64,000 nt of DNA, from contig JAUSPT010000100.1 in NCBI GenBank assembly GCA_030652805.1, positions 8,378 through 72,377 on the forward strand. Reading direction: 5' to 3'. Of this stretch, positions 43,907 through 52,949 are shown one piece after another; position 1 is the stretch's first letter, and the number at the start of each line of letters is the position of its first letter. This DNA comes from a bacterium. Its GTDB lineage: Bacteria > JAHJDO01. Below the pieces are notes generated by a model. It was not told the origin of the DNA, ran no database searches, and saw nothing but the letters and a program-made list of their open reading frames with translations. The position numbers and the translations under genes are program-made.

Positions 43907-46900
43907 TTAGTTCGTAAGTTTCTTATAATCCATAAAGTTTAAAAACTTAGCGCTATCTCCCACAAAAAAGACCTTTGTTCTTTCTTTTGGTATTTCAAAT
44001 GAAAAGGTGTCAACGTTTTTAAATAAAACCTCTCCTTCAAAAATATCTACCACATCGCTTTTTTTATTTAAGCTTATAGTCTTTTGTCCCCCTTGAGCAG
44101 AATGGAACATCAAAAATTCTTCATTGGCATCAATGAAATCCAAAGAATCGCTGTAAATATGCACTCCCGCCCCTTTCGCTATACTCAATAACAAATCTGG
44201 CGATATCTTATTTGAACCACAAAAGATAGAATTGCTTTTATTGACATTTTTAACAGCAAATGATGGTCTTTTATTCTCTCTGTAAACACCCAATACTTCT
44301 GCTTCATTATCACAAACATAAAAGAGTGGCGCAAAGCTGTATTTCGCACCATATGAAGTATTATTAAAGTTTCCGCTTGTAAACTCATTTGTAAAGTTAA
44401 CTATATCTGTTAATGGAGAGCTTTTATCTTTTATCATTCCAAACTCTATGCCAGTCAGATTTTTCATATTATTAAGATCCGCTTTCATGTCATGAATAAA
44501 ACCAGGCGCATAACACCACATCATAGTAACATCTTTTGATTGAATTTTTCTTATAGCATTTAATGTTTTATTATCATACTGAAAACAGTTTAAGAATATG
44601 TATAATTTATAATCATAGTCTTTTTTCAAAAGATCACTGAAAAGGATATAATCAACCGGCGCGCCAACTTGTGCAATTCTGCTTCTTTGATAATAAATAA
44701 GGTCTCCTGTTAAAGTATTCACTTTCCTTTCCGGATAGGTAATACTCCCGTTCCAACAAACATATTTTATTATCTCTCCCGATGGTATTTGTTCTTTATC
44801 AAAAGATAGATACTTTACTGAATCTTCATCAACTACTACTGCAATCTCTACATTACGCTTGCTCTTATTAAGATTTATATATTCTCCCGCTTTCTTGCTT
44901 ATCTTCAGGTCTTTTATTGTGCATGGATCACTAAAATCAAGTCCACTGATAAGAGGTATAATGCATATGGGACTCTGTCGGCAAAGAGATCTGCCAAAAT
45001 TCCTTTTTAAAACAGCTGTTGTTTGAGAAGGATTTATTGTTGGACAATGGCCCGCAGGGCCGGACATATGTGTTCTGGTATCATCATCAACGAATACTAA
45101 TTTACCTGCGTTTTGAATTGATTTAAACGCCCACATCCACTCTCCTGAGTCACCAATTGCTCTTACACCATAAGTAGGGGGAGCAGATATAAAATCAATA
45201 TCTTTTGAATCTAACACTTTTCTAAAAGCATTGTGTCCGCTCATATGATAAGCCCAATTCATATTTGCATATTCAAGGGTATACCCTCCATAGATTCCAA
45301 CAATTTTTTTTCTATTAACCGAATTCTTAATGACTCCTGCGAAATACACAATTGTATCTGAAACACTTTCTGAATAATATTGGTCATAATCTATTGCCAG
45401 AGAGGCTTGCTTCGGATCCCGGAATAAACCTATCTCCGATTTTAGCCGGTCCTCTTTGGTCGGTATATTTATCCCACTAAATTTCTGTTTTTCTGTCGAA
45501 TATTTTGATTTCAAAAATTCACAAAATCCATTTATAGAAGCATTGCTATAATCCATAAGTTTGTCAGTTCTATGGCATTCATGACATCCCCACCCTTGCC
45601 ATTCGGCAGAGACCCCTCCTGTAAACCAATAACCAATTATCTTATCTCTATATGGTGAAGTTTCAAGATGCCCAACAAATTTTTCTATTGCTTTAGAAGC
45701 ATCTTTCTTCCATTTTTCTGAGGAAAATGATGCTGTAGCTCTGTAGTAGGGCCAGAAACTTTTGTCATCAAATAATGAAATTTCTGACAGATTATTAGTT
45801 TGCCACCATGTCGGAGGCGCAACCCAAAACAAAGGCATAATTAAAACTTCCGGATTGTCTTCAATCATCTCATTAATATATTTATCTACTTCAATAAAAT
45901 TATATCTATTGGGCCCAAGCCACCACTCTTTTGCATCCATCATTCCACCAATCCAAAGTGTTTGTATATTAACTTTAGCCTCTTTCATGGCTGGGGCACT
46001 ATTTTTATGAATCATATTTCCTATCAACGGATAGATAACTTTCCCGTTTACATATAACTGCGGAAAGCCATTATCAGATTTGACCTCACTTACCAGATTT
46101 TCTGTATCTGATCTATTATTTTTATAAACAAAATTTCTTTGAATATTGTCCGGCATAGAAATTTCTCTGCCGTAAATTCCAAAAATAAGTTCAATATTCA
46201 TATCAGGATAGTATTTATAAAAAGGTTTTGTGCTCACACTGATATCAAAAGTATTATCGTCTTGTTTTTGACAAATATTTTTTGTTAAATCAAATTCAAA
46301 TTTTTCAAAGATTACATCGTCATGTTTAAATCTTAAATAAAGAACTTCATCTTGACCTACAGGTTTTTGTGATTTAAGCTTGATTTTTAAAACCTGTGCT
46401 TCTGCACCGCTAATTACTTCTTTATATTCGCATGATAGGCATTCTGTCGGCACCTGATATCTTTTGTCAAAATAAGGTGAAATTTTTGTCCATGGAGCAG
46501 CGGGTGGAGGAGACATTTTCTTTGGTTTGACCCAACTACCGTCATCAAAACTTATTTTTGTCCACCCTTCCTCTAATCTATTAGTACAAACAAAACTACT
46601 ATCTGATACTACCTTCAGATAAGATAAGTCCGTTGAATTAATTGTTAAGTCGAAAAGTAAACCTCCCGGCCCGCCGGCATTTACACTTTCAACAGCAATG
46701 ACATTCATGCCTTTCTTTAATCTTGATGATATATTAATAAGTGCCGGGTCAAGCCATGAGTTAGGAGTAAAATTTTCTGCGATTTTATTACCATTAAGAT
46801 AGAGCTTATAATAATCGTCAACAGTTATTTGAACCCATGCTGTTTCAAAATTATCCGGCACAGTAAAAACTCTTCTAAAATAATAGCTGCTATCATCGGT

Positions 46901-48400
46901 GTTTATAGGCTTATTCATTGCATCGGATGAATGGGCAATCATATATCCTGTCCAATAAGGAGCCTTGCCGCGTTTTATAATATTCTTTTTTATATCTGCT
47001 GAAACGGTACTTTTCTCGGCTGGTTCTATTATTGCTTTTTTATCTTTTGGAGATACTTTACCTGTGCAAATTAATAGTGAGTCTAGAGCTATTGATAGTG
47101 ACTGGGAAAGAACCATTGAGATATTTCCTCCTGATGTTTTTCCTATAAGAAACCATTTAAATTCTCCTGTATTACTAAAGGGGGGATTTTTTTTAACCGC
47201 TCCTAAAAAAGAAATCTTTTCAGCGGCGGTTTTTCCTGAGATATCATCCAATGCCCTTGCCCAGATAGAAAAATCACCTTCAGGCAAGACTATATTTCTT
47301 TTATATTTCTTCCCATCCAACGAAGTAAATGAATCTAATGAAATAAAATATCTTTTTACGGAATTAATATCAATTTTTGAAACAGAGTCCAATTTTAATT
47401 TTTCCATGGGTGGATACATCCTTATATATTCAATTTGTATTTTACCGGGATATTGGTCAACTATATCAAGCCTTAGGCTGTTTATTTTCCCTGAAAGCCA
47501 GTCTTTAAAGTTACCGTGAAAATCCTTTTCTCTATTTAAAAAAACTTCATGCCAGTTGTTGTCGCTTACTAGCGAAGGAATCTTCCAGTAAAATTTATCG
47601 CTAAAGCCATGTTTATTATTTGCGTAGAATATCTGGCCGGTAGTTTTATCAGGCAGTCCGGAAGCTTTATATTTTATTACTATACCCTGCGCCCTTAAAG
47701 GGTCTATGTTTACATCATTGTTGGCCAGATGAGAATCTGATTTTTGAATATTAAGGCAGAGCAGGCCATTATTTATTTCCCACTCCAGACCTTTCGGGTC
47801 ATCCCATCCCTGGGCATCATTTGTTTTGAAGTTCCATGTGTATTTCTCAAGACTACTGCGCTGAAAAAATGGCTGATTACTAAGTTGCACCCAATCAATC
47901 TTTATTCCTCTATTTTCTCCATCGCCAGGGTCTATCCTAAGAACAGAAACCACACCACTTATCCCGCCCCACTTGACTGCGCCTGACCCGGAAGACTCTC
48001 TCGCTGACCATCTCACTTTATTAAGATCTATATGATAAGTCTTCCATCCAGTTTCTATTTTTTGAGAATACCCTAAACACCAGTCTTTATTGGGTGAAGA
48101 GTAAAAAATTTGCAATGCGGTATCTTTTTCTGAGGAATATAATCGTATGGAAAGAAACGAAACTTCCTTAGCCGTTATTCCTTCATCAGGCAGTTTTAAA
48201 TACAACCGCGGATCAATCTTTGTCTTTCCTTCAAATAAACCTTTCTCAACTATATGGTGCTGAAAATTCTCAACCTTACTTATTTCTGATGAACTGTTGA
48301 AATTCCATGTAAGTTGTTCCTGCGAGACAGCATGACACAACACCCCTATCCTGCCGAACAAACAAATACTTAACATAAACAAAATCAACTTTCTAACCAT
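43907..48400 (-). CDS. giant secreted carbohydrate-active-like protein
   Basis: 1497 aa with signal peptide MVRKLILFMLSICLFGRIGVLCHA. The central segment FRRVFTVPDNFETAWVQITVDDYYKLYLNG resembles galactose-binding-like domains of GH2/rhamnosidases. SD AAGGAGG precedes the start. Confidence 0.45.
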   Translation of the reverse strand: MVRKLILFMLSICLFGRIGVLCHAVSQEQLTWNFNSSSEISKVENFQHHIVEKGLFEGKTKIDPRLYLKLPDEGITAKEVSFLSIRLYSSEKDTALQIFYSSPNKDWCLGYSQKIETGWKTYHIDLNKVRWSARESSGSGAVKWGGISGVVSVLRIDPGDGENRGIKIDWVQLSNQPFFQRSSLEKYTWNFKTNDAQGWDDPKGLEWEINNGLLCLNIQKSDSHLANNDVNIDPLRAQGIVIKYKASGLPDKTTGQIFYANNKHGFSDKFYWKIPSLVSDNNWHEVFLNREKDFHGNFKDWLSGKINSLRLDIVDQYPGKIQIEYIRMYPPMEKLKLDSVSKIDINSVKRYFISLDSFTSLDGKKYKRNIVLPEGDFSIWARALDDISGKTAAEKISFLGAVKKNPPFSNTGEFKWFLIGKTSGGNISMVLSQSLSIALDSLLICTGKVSPKDKKAIIEPAEKSTVSADIKKNIIKRGKAPYWTGYMIAHSSDAMNKPINTDDSSYYFRRVFTVPDNFETAWVQITVDDYYKLYLNGNKIAENFTPNSWLDPALINISSRLKKGMNVIAVESVNAGGPGGLLFDLTINSTDLSYLKVVSDSSFVCTNRLEEGWTKISFDDGSWVKPKKMSPPPAAPWTKISPYFDKRYQVPTECLSCEYKEVISGAEAQVLKIKLKSQKPVGQDEVLYLRFKHDDVIFEKFEFDLTKNICQKQDDNTFDISVSTKPFYKYYPDMNIELIFGIYGREISMPDNIQRNFVYKNNRSDTENLVSEVKSDNGFPQLYVNGKVIYPLIGNMIHKNSAPAMKEAKVNIQTLWIGGMMDAKEWWLGPNRYNFIEVDKYINEMIEDNPEVLIMPLFWVAPPTWWQTNNLSEISLFDDKSFWPYYRATASFSSEKWKKDASKAIEKFVGHLETSPYRDKIIGYWFTGGVSAEWQGWGCHECHRTDKLMDYSNASINGFCEFLKSKYSTEKQKFSGINIPTKEDRLKSEIGLFRDPKQASLAIDYDQYYSESVSDTIVYFAGVIKNSVNRKKIVGIYGGYTLEYANMNWAYHMSGHNAFRKVLDSKDIDFISAPPTYGVRAIGDSGEWMWAFKSIQNAGKLVFVDDDTRTHMSGPAGHCPTINPSQTTAVLKRNFGRSLCRQSPICIIPLISGLDFSDPCTIKDLKISKKAGEYINLNKSKRNVEIAVVVDEDSVKYLSFDKEQIPSGEIIKYVCWNGSITYPERKVNTLTGDLIYYQRSRIAQVGAPVDYILFSDLLKKDYDYKLYIFLNCFQYDNKTLNAIRKIQSKDVTMMWCYAPGFIHDMKADLNNMKNLTGIEFGMIKDKSSPLTDIVNFTNEFTSGNFNNTSYGAKYSFAPLFYVCDNEAEVLGVYRENKRPSFAVKNVNKSNSIFCGSNKISPDLLLSIAKGAGVHIYSDSLDFIDANEEFLMFHSAQGGQKTISLNKKSDVVDIFEGEVLFKNVDTFSFEIPKERTKVFFVGDSAKFLNFMDYKKLTN

Positions 48401-48513
48401 AACAGCACCTCCTTATCTTGTTTAGACTTTCGCAACTGACACAACTTGTAGCGACAAGCTGTAGTCTGTTAATTACAACTTTTTTAAGGTATTACCCGAC
48501 TCTCACGTCTTAA

Positions 48514-49230
48514 TTAATCAGCAGCAGGCTTCCAATATTTATCAAGACCCTTATAAGTTTCATATGCATTCTTAACATGGCTTACATGCCAATCAGCCCA
48601 CAAAATATTAACTCCCCCTTGATGTCGATCGTCGTCCATTTTATAAGCAGAACTAGATGAATTAGTAATTAGATAGTAGGTAATATTTAGGCTTGCATAG
48701 TAAGCATCTGCTAAAACGATCAATTCTGCAGGATACTTTATTTTAGAAGTTTTTGTTGGAGTATGAGCTACACCAAGAGTTGCCCCTACACCTGTTTCAT
48801 TATACCCATAACTTGCTCTTGAATACATTCCATCATTGGCAGTGGTGGTTCCAACAAAGCTCTCTGTATCTTTGCGTAGTTTCACAGCAGTTGGACAAAC
48901 AAACAGCATATCATTAGCTACATAGCCATCTTTTCTTAGGGCATAAGGCCAATGGTAACTTGTAGTAGGGGGGAAATAACCATCATAATCCTCTGTATAC
49001 ATAGAAAAGGCAAGCCCTAGTTGTCTTAGATTAGAGATACATTTTATTCGTCTTCCCATCTCTCTTGCCTGTGATAACGCAGGCAAGAGCAGCGAAGCCA
49101 GCAAAGCAATAATAGCTATTACGACCAAAAGCTCAATAAGCGTAAAACCTCTGAATAAGCGCAAAGGGCGAAGCGTAGAGGGCAAAGAAGATTTTTTTGA
49201 CCCCCAAATTTTTCTTATCTTACTCATCAT
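48514..49230 (-). CDS. prepilin-type N-terminal cleavage/methylation protein, DUF1559 (H-X9-DG) family
   Basis: [25 protein letters not shown] and C-terminal [15 protein letters not shown] chose the ATG at 49230, which is preceded by TTGGAGGG; the ORF track begins at 49260 with TTG. Confidence 0.8.
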   Translation of the reverse strand: MMSKIRKIWGSKKSSLPSTLRPLRLFRGFTLIELLVVIAIIALLASLLLPALSQAREMGRRIKCISNLRQLGLAFSMYTEDYDGYFPPTTSYHWPYALRKDGYVANDMLFVCPTAVKLRKDTESFVGTTTANDGMYSRASYGYNETGVGATLGVAHTPTKTSKIKYPAELIVLADAYYASLNITYYLITNSSSSAYKMDDDRHQGGVNILWADWHVSHVKNAYETYKGLDKYWKPAAD

Positions 49231-49298
49231 AATTTGTTCCCTCCAATCTTTTAGAGACAATTATAGCATATAACAAATAGTTTTAACAAACTATAAGG

Positions 49299-49326
49299 AT
49301 TTTAAGAAAAACTAGGAGGATTTTAG
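49299..49326 (-). promoter_or_regulatory. 28-nt conserved motif, copy B
   Basis: ATTTTAAGAAAAACTAGGAGGATTTTAG on the plus strand. It overlaps the stop codon of the 49323-49874 gene. A TTGTTA-18-TATAAT pair lies 9 nt downstream on the minus strand. Confidence 0.6.
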
Positions 49327-49874
49327 GAATTTTTATGGGTTTTTAATAAATTTTCAAATTCAGCAAATTTCATTTCCATCATTTCCTTTTTTGACCATCG
49401 TTCAATCTCGCCTAAATTTATTTTCTGATCTCTTGCAACAAGGATTGCCTGCTCCAATGACTGAGTATCATTCCAGTGGTAATAGGCTGCCAGTCTGTCC
49501 TTTATACATTCTGTTGGTGAAATAATCTTAAGTTTTAATACCCCTGACTTCAACTCCGATATTTCCTTTATAGGTTCATCTCCTATCGCTAGTGGTCCCG
49601 GAGGAAATTCAATAAAATAGTCAGTACCTTTATGATAGAAACTCTGTCCTTTTTCCAAAAATCCAATTTTTGCTAATATTTTCTCCACATTTACCTTGTT
49701 TCTGAAATGTTGAATAATAAAATCCAGATCGTAAGACAGATATTTATTGTCAGAATATATTGAAACGCACGCACCGCCTGTTAAAACTGCTTCTATTCCG
49801 TTTTTACAAAGGTAGTCTGAAATATAAAAAGCTAATTCTTTCAATGACATATCCTTAATCGGTTTATTTCTCAC
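49323..49874 (-). CDS. minimal nucleotidyltransferase-fold protein (AbiEii/DUF6036-like), tentative
   Basis: LTGGACVSIYSDNKYLSYDLDFI matches the GG..x..(S/T).D.D pattern of pol-beta-fold NTases. 4-nt overlap with the upstream wHTH gene. Confidence 0.45.
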   Translation of the reverse strand: MRNKPIKDMSLKELAFYISDYLCKNGIEAVLTGGACVSIYSDNKYLSYDLDFIIQHFRNKVNVEKILAKIGFLEKGQSFYHKGTDYFIEFPPGPLAIGDEPIKEISELKSGVLKLKIISPTECIKDRLAAYYHWNDTQSLEQAILVARDQKINLGEIERWSKKEMMEMKFAEFENLLKTHKNS

Positions 49875-50260
49875 AAGGGTTTTCCTGTTCTTCTTGGTCT
49901 GAGTCGCGGAGTATAAAGTCGTCTTTTTTCATCTTCAGGAACAAAAATCAGAGACTTTTTTAATAATTCTTCCATCTCTTTTTTAAATGGATATCTCGGG
50001 TTAATTCCAAAAAGTCTGACTTTTCCCCTTAGCTTACTGTACAAGATACCGCCTCTTTCAAGATTTAACAATTGATTCTGAACAGTATTGAGATTAAAAT
50101 TGAAAGTTCTTGCAATTTCTCTTGCATAAGATTCAACATGAGTGAATATAAAAAGCAATATTTTCTCCTTTTTTTCAGATCCTAATAATGACTCTAACAT
50201 TTCACGTCTCCTTCTTAAATTACCAACAATATCAGTCATATGACCATGTTTATTGGTCAT
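49871..50260 (-). CDS. winged-helix (ArsR/MarR-like) DNA-binding protein
   Basis: ILLFIFTHVESYAREIARTFNFNLNTVQNQLLNLERGGIL. The start is uncertain, with an in-frame ATG at 50239. Confidence 0.5.
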   Translation of the reverse strand: MTNKHGHMTDIVGNLRRRREMLESLLGSEKKEKILLFIFTHVESYAREIARTFNFNLNTVQNQLLNLERGGILYSKLRGKVRLFGINPRYPFKKEMEELLKKSLIFVPEDEKRRLYTPRLRPRRTGKPL

Positions 50261-50293
50261 TATAGTAAATTGTATTCCTTGAAGTCAAATCAA

Positions 50294-50321
50294 ATTTTAA
50301 GAAAAGCTAGGAGGATTTTAG
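50294..50321 (-). promoter_or_regulatory. 28-nt conserved motif, copy C
   Basis: Identical to copy A. It overlaps the stop codon of the AraC gene (50318-50320). A TTGACT-18-TATAAT pair follows on the minus strand. Confidence 0.6.
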
Positions 50322-51226
50322 AATTTTCTGTATTCGCTGGGGGAGGTTTTGATAAGCTCTTTGAACATCCTGGCAAAATAACTTGCATCGTGAAAGCCTA
50401 CTTCAAAACATACATCCGTGACGGATTTATCGGTATTTGAAAGTAAGTCACACGCTTTTTGTATGCGGTAATTTGTTACATATTCCATTGGTGTCATGCC
50501 GCTTATGTCTTTAAATACTTTACAGAAATAGTTTGTCTGCAAATAACCAATGTCAGCCAGGTCCTTTAGTCGAATATCCTTATCGTAATTGTCTTCAACA
50601 TATCTTATAACCCTGAAACAAGTTTCTCTTTTTGTGGATATATCGTTATAGATATCTTTCTGTCTCTGATACTCTGAATAAAATCTGCAGACATTTACTA
50701 CAAGTTCAAAAATATATCCCTTAACTAAAAGATTATATCCTTCTGATTCTTTTTCTATTTCATTTATAGCTTTATTCAATATAGTCTCTATAAACCTAGA
50801 TTGTTCGCCGGTAAGATGAAGTTTATATTTGAAGTTCATTTCTTTTCTATAGAAAGGTTCTATATAAAAAAGGTCGTTAAAGCTGTCTATATCTTTAAGT
50901 TTACTTCCAATTTCGTTTTTAAATACAGATGAGTCTATCAGGATATTCGCTAATTCTAAATCATCCGCATTTTTATAACCATGCGCTTGTTCTGGAGTAA
51001 CTACAAAAAAATCACCCATTGCCACAGAAAATTCTACATTTTGAGATTCTTTATTTTTGCCTTGCATCTGAATAACATTAATCCCTTTCCCTTTTAATAT
51101 GTAAACTAACTCCACAAAGTCATGTGCATGTAATCTGAGATATGACTGTTTCTGTTTGAAAACATATATATCCAAACATTTTTTAAAATGTTTTCTGGAT
51201 AATTTCATGATAGGTTTTTCATTCAT
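50318..51226 (-). CDS. AraC-family transcriptional regulator (cupin sensor + double HTH)
   Basis: N-terminal cupin-like HAHDFVELVYILKG. C-terminal LKDLADIGYLQTNYFCKVFKD...VTDVCFEVGFHDASYFARMFK. Confidence 0.8.
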   Translation of the reverse strand: MNEKPIMKLSRKHFKKCLDIYVFKQKQSYLRLHAHDFVELVYILKGKGINVIQMQGKNKESQNVEFSVAMGDFFVVTPEQAHGYKNADDLELANILIDSSVFKNEIGSKLKDIDSFNDLFYIEPFYRKEMNFKYKLHLTGEQSRFIETILNKAINEIEKESEGYNLLVKGYIFELVVNVCRFYSEYQRQKDIYNDISTKRETCFRVIRYVEDNYDKDIRLKDLADIGYLQTNYFCKVFKDISGMTPMEYVTNYRIQKACDLLSNTDKSVTDVCFEVGFHDASYFARMFKELIKTSPSEYRKF

Positions 51227-51288
51227 ACAATATAAATACTAACACATTTTTAACAAATTTAAAATTTTTTACCCAGTGCTTCCTATTA

Positions 51289-51317
51289 TTGACATTTATT
51301 TTGCTAGTTGCTAATCT
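51289..51317 (+). promoter_or_regulatory. sigma70-like promoter for the DUF47-PiT operon
   Basis: TTGACA (51289-51294), 17-nt spacer, TAATCT (51312-51317). SD GGGGGG lies before the ATG at 51355. Confidence 0.35.
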
Positions 51318-51354
51318 CCATGTCTATCAAAACTATTCTATAAGGGGGGGGTAA

Positions 51355-52002
51355 ATGGCTTTATTCTTTTCAAAAACTAATAAGCTTTTAGAAATGATTG
51401 AAGAATATTTAGAAAAGGTTACAGAGTGTATGGAACAGGCAAGAAAAACGCTTTTTCTCTATATTGAGAAAGGTTCCTGTGAGGAATTTGATGGGCTTGT
51501 GACTAAAACTCACATGGCTGAATCATGCAGTGATGATTTAAGAAGGGAAATTGAAATTTCGCTGTATGAAAAGGCGTTAATACCAGAATCAAGAGGTGAT
51601 ATCCTTGGCTTGTTGGAGACTGTTGATAAGATCCCGAACAAGGCTGAATCTGTTGCATTTCAAATACAAATAGAGGCAATAAGAATTCCCGATGAGTTCA
51701 AATCGGAATTACGTAAAATAATCAATATAAATTTTGGTATTTTTGAGGACATTAAACGGGCAATTAGAGCTGTATTTAAGAATATTAAAGAGGTAAGGCG
51801 CATTACAAATGAGATAGATAAAAAAGAGAGCAGTTCTGATTCTATGGAAAGGGATTTAATTAGAAAATTGTTCGGCTCAGATATTGACATTGGAGAGAAA
51901 ATTCTCCTGAAAGAATTAATAATTGAGATCGGCAGTATATCAGACAGAGCTGAAGACACTGCAGATCGATTAAACATAATGGCAGTGAAAAGGCTAATTT
52001 AA
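51355..52002 (+). CDS. DUF47 (PhoU-like, PiT-associated) protein
   Basis: 215-aa helical protein immediately upstream of, and overlapping, a PiT transporter gene, which is the classical pairing. Confidence 0.7.
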   Translation: MALFFSKTNKLLEMIEEYLEKVTECMEQARKTLFLYIEKGSCEEFDGLVTKTHMAESCSDDLRREIEISLYEKALIPESRGDILGLLETVDKIPNKAESVAFQIQIEAIRIPDEFKSELRKIININFGIFEDIKRAIRAVFKNIKEVRRITNEIDKKESSSDSMERDLIRKLFGSDIDIGEKILLKELIIEIGSISDRAEDTADRLNIMAVKRLI

Positions 52003-52949
52003 TGTTTCTCTTCAGCCTTAGTTATTTAAAATTACTTGGTGGTATTTATCTTGGCTGGTCACTGGGTGCCAATAACACTGCAAATGTTTTTGGCACTGCA
52101 GTTTCTTCGGGGATGGTTAAATTCCGGACAGCGACAGTTTTTTTTGCAGTGTTTGTAATACTTGGCGCAGTAATTGGAGGTGCGCCAGGGATTAAAACAC
52201 TTGGAGGACTTACAAGTCAAAATATAAATACAGCTTTTGTTATTTCAGTGGCGTCAGCTGTTGCAGTAACCTTATTAACAATGTTAAAACTTCCTGCTTC
52301 TGTCTCTCAGGCAGTTGTGGGAGCAATACTCGGTATTGGAATTTTACAAAAACAGATCAATTTTGCTGGATTACAGAAGGTTGTAATCTGCTGGATATGC
52401 ACACCTGTTGGCGCTGCTGTTATATCAGTTTTTCTGTATTTAATTTTGAGCCGGATACTAAGAAGAATAACAATACACTTTCTCGATTTTGACCGCATTG
52501 TGCGCATTTTACTAATAATATCAGGCGCGTATGGGGCTTATGCTCTTGGAGCGAACAATGTTGCAAATATAACAGGTGTTTATTATCAAGCTGGAATACT
52601 TACGCCATTTTTGGCTTCATTAATAGGAAGTATTAGTATAGCGCTTGGCGCAGTTACATATAGCAGAAATGTTATGATGACAGTAGGTAAAAGTGTGATA
52701 CCTCTAAATTCTTTTTGCGCCCTGGTTGTAGTGCTTTCAGAAGCTATAACAGTTGATATATTTGCGCATATTGGAGTTCCTGTTTCCACAGGTCAAGCTG
52801 TAATAGGCGGAGTCATTGGGGTAGGAATTATAAGGAATGTTAACGCGATCAACTTTAAAGCGCTTTATAAAATTTTCTCAGGATGGGTAGTCACTCCTGT
52901 TATCAGCTGCGTTCTTTCTTATATGCTGTACAAAATATTTTATATGTAA
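52002..52949 (+). CDS. inorganic phosphate transporter, PiT family
   Basis: Duplicated GANNTANVFGTAV and GANNVANITGVY signatures. Polytopic membrane protein. Confidence 0.85.
   Translation: MFLFSLSYLKLLGGIYLGWSLGANNTANVFGTAVSSGMVKFRTATVFFAVFVILGAVIGGAPGIKTLGGLTSQNINTAFVISVASAVAVTLLTMLKLPASVSQAVVGAILGIGILQKQINFAGLQKVVICWICTPVGAAVISVFLYLILSRILRRITIHFLDFDRIVRILLIISGAYGAYALGANNVANITGVYYQAGILTPFLASLIGSISIALGAVTYSRNVMMTVGKSVIPLNSFCALVVVLSEAITVDIFAHIGVPVSTGQAVIGGVIGVGIIRNVNAINFKALYKIFSGWVVTPVISCVLSYMLYKIFYM

Noticed and set aside
48441-48462. Hairpin ACAACTTGT-AGCG-ACAAGCTGT between the prepilin-like gene and the 1497-aa gene as a terminator.
   Set aside because: The stem is imperfect, and no T-run follows it on the minus strand. 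It may be an mRNA stability or processing element, but the evidence is insufficient.
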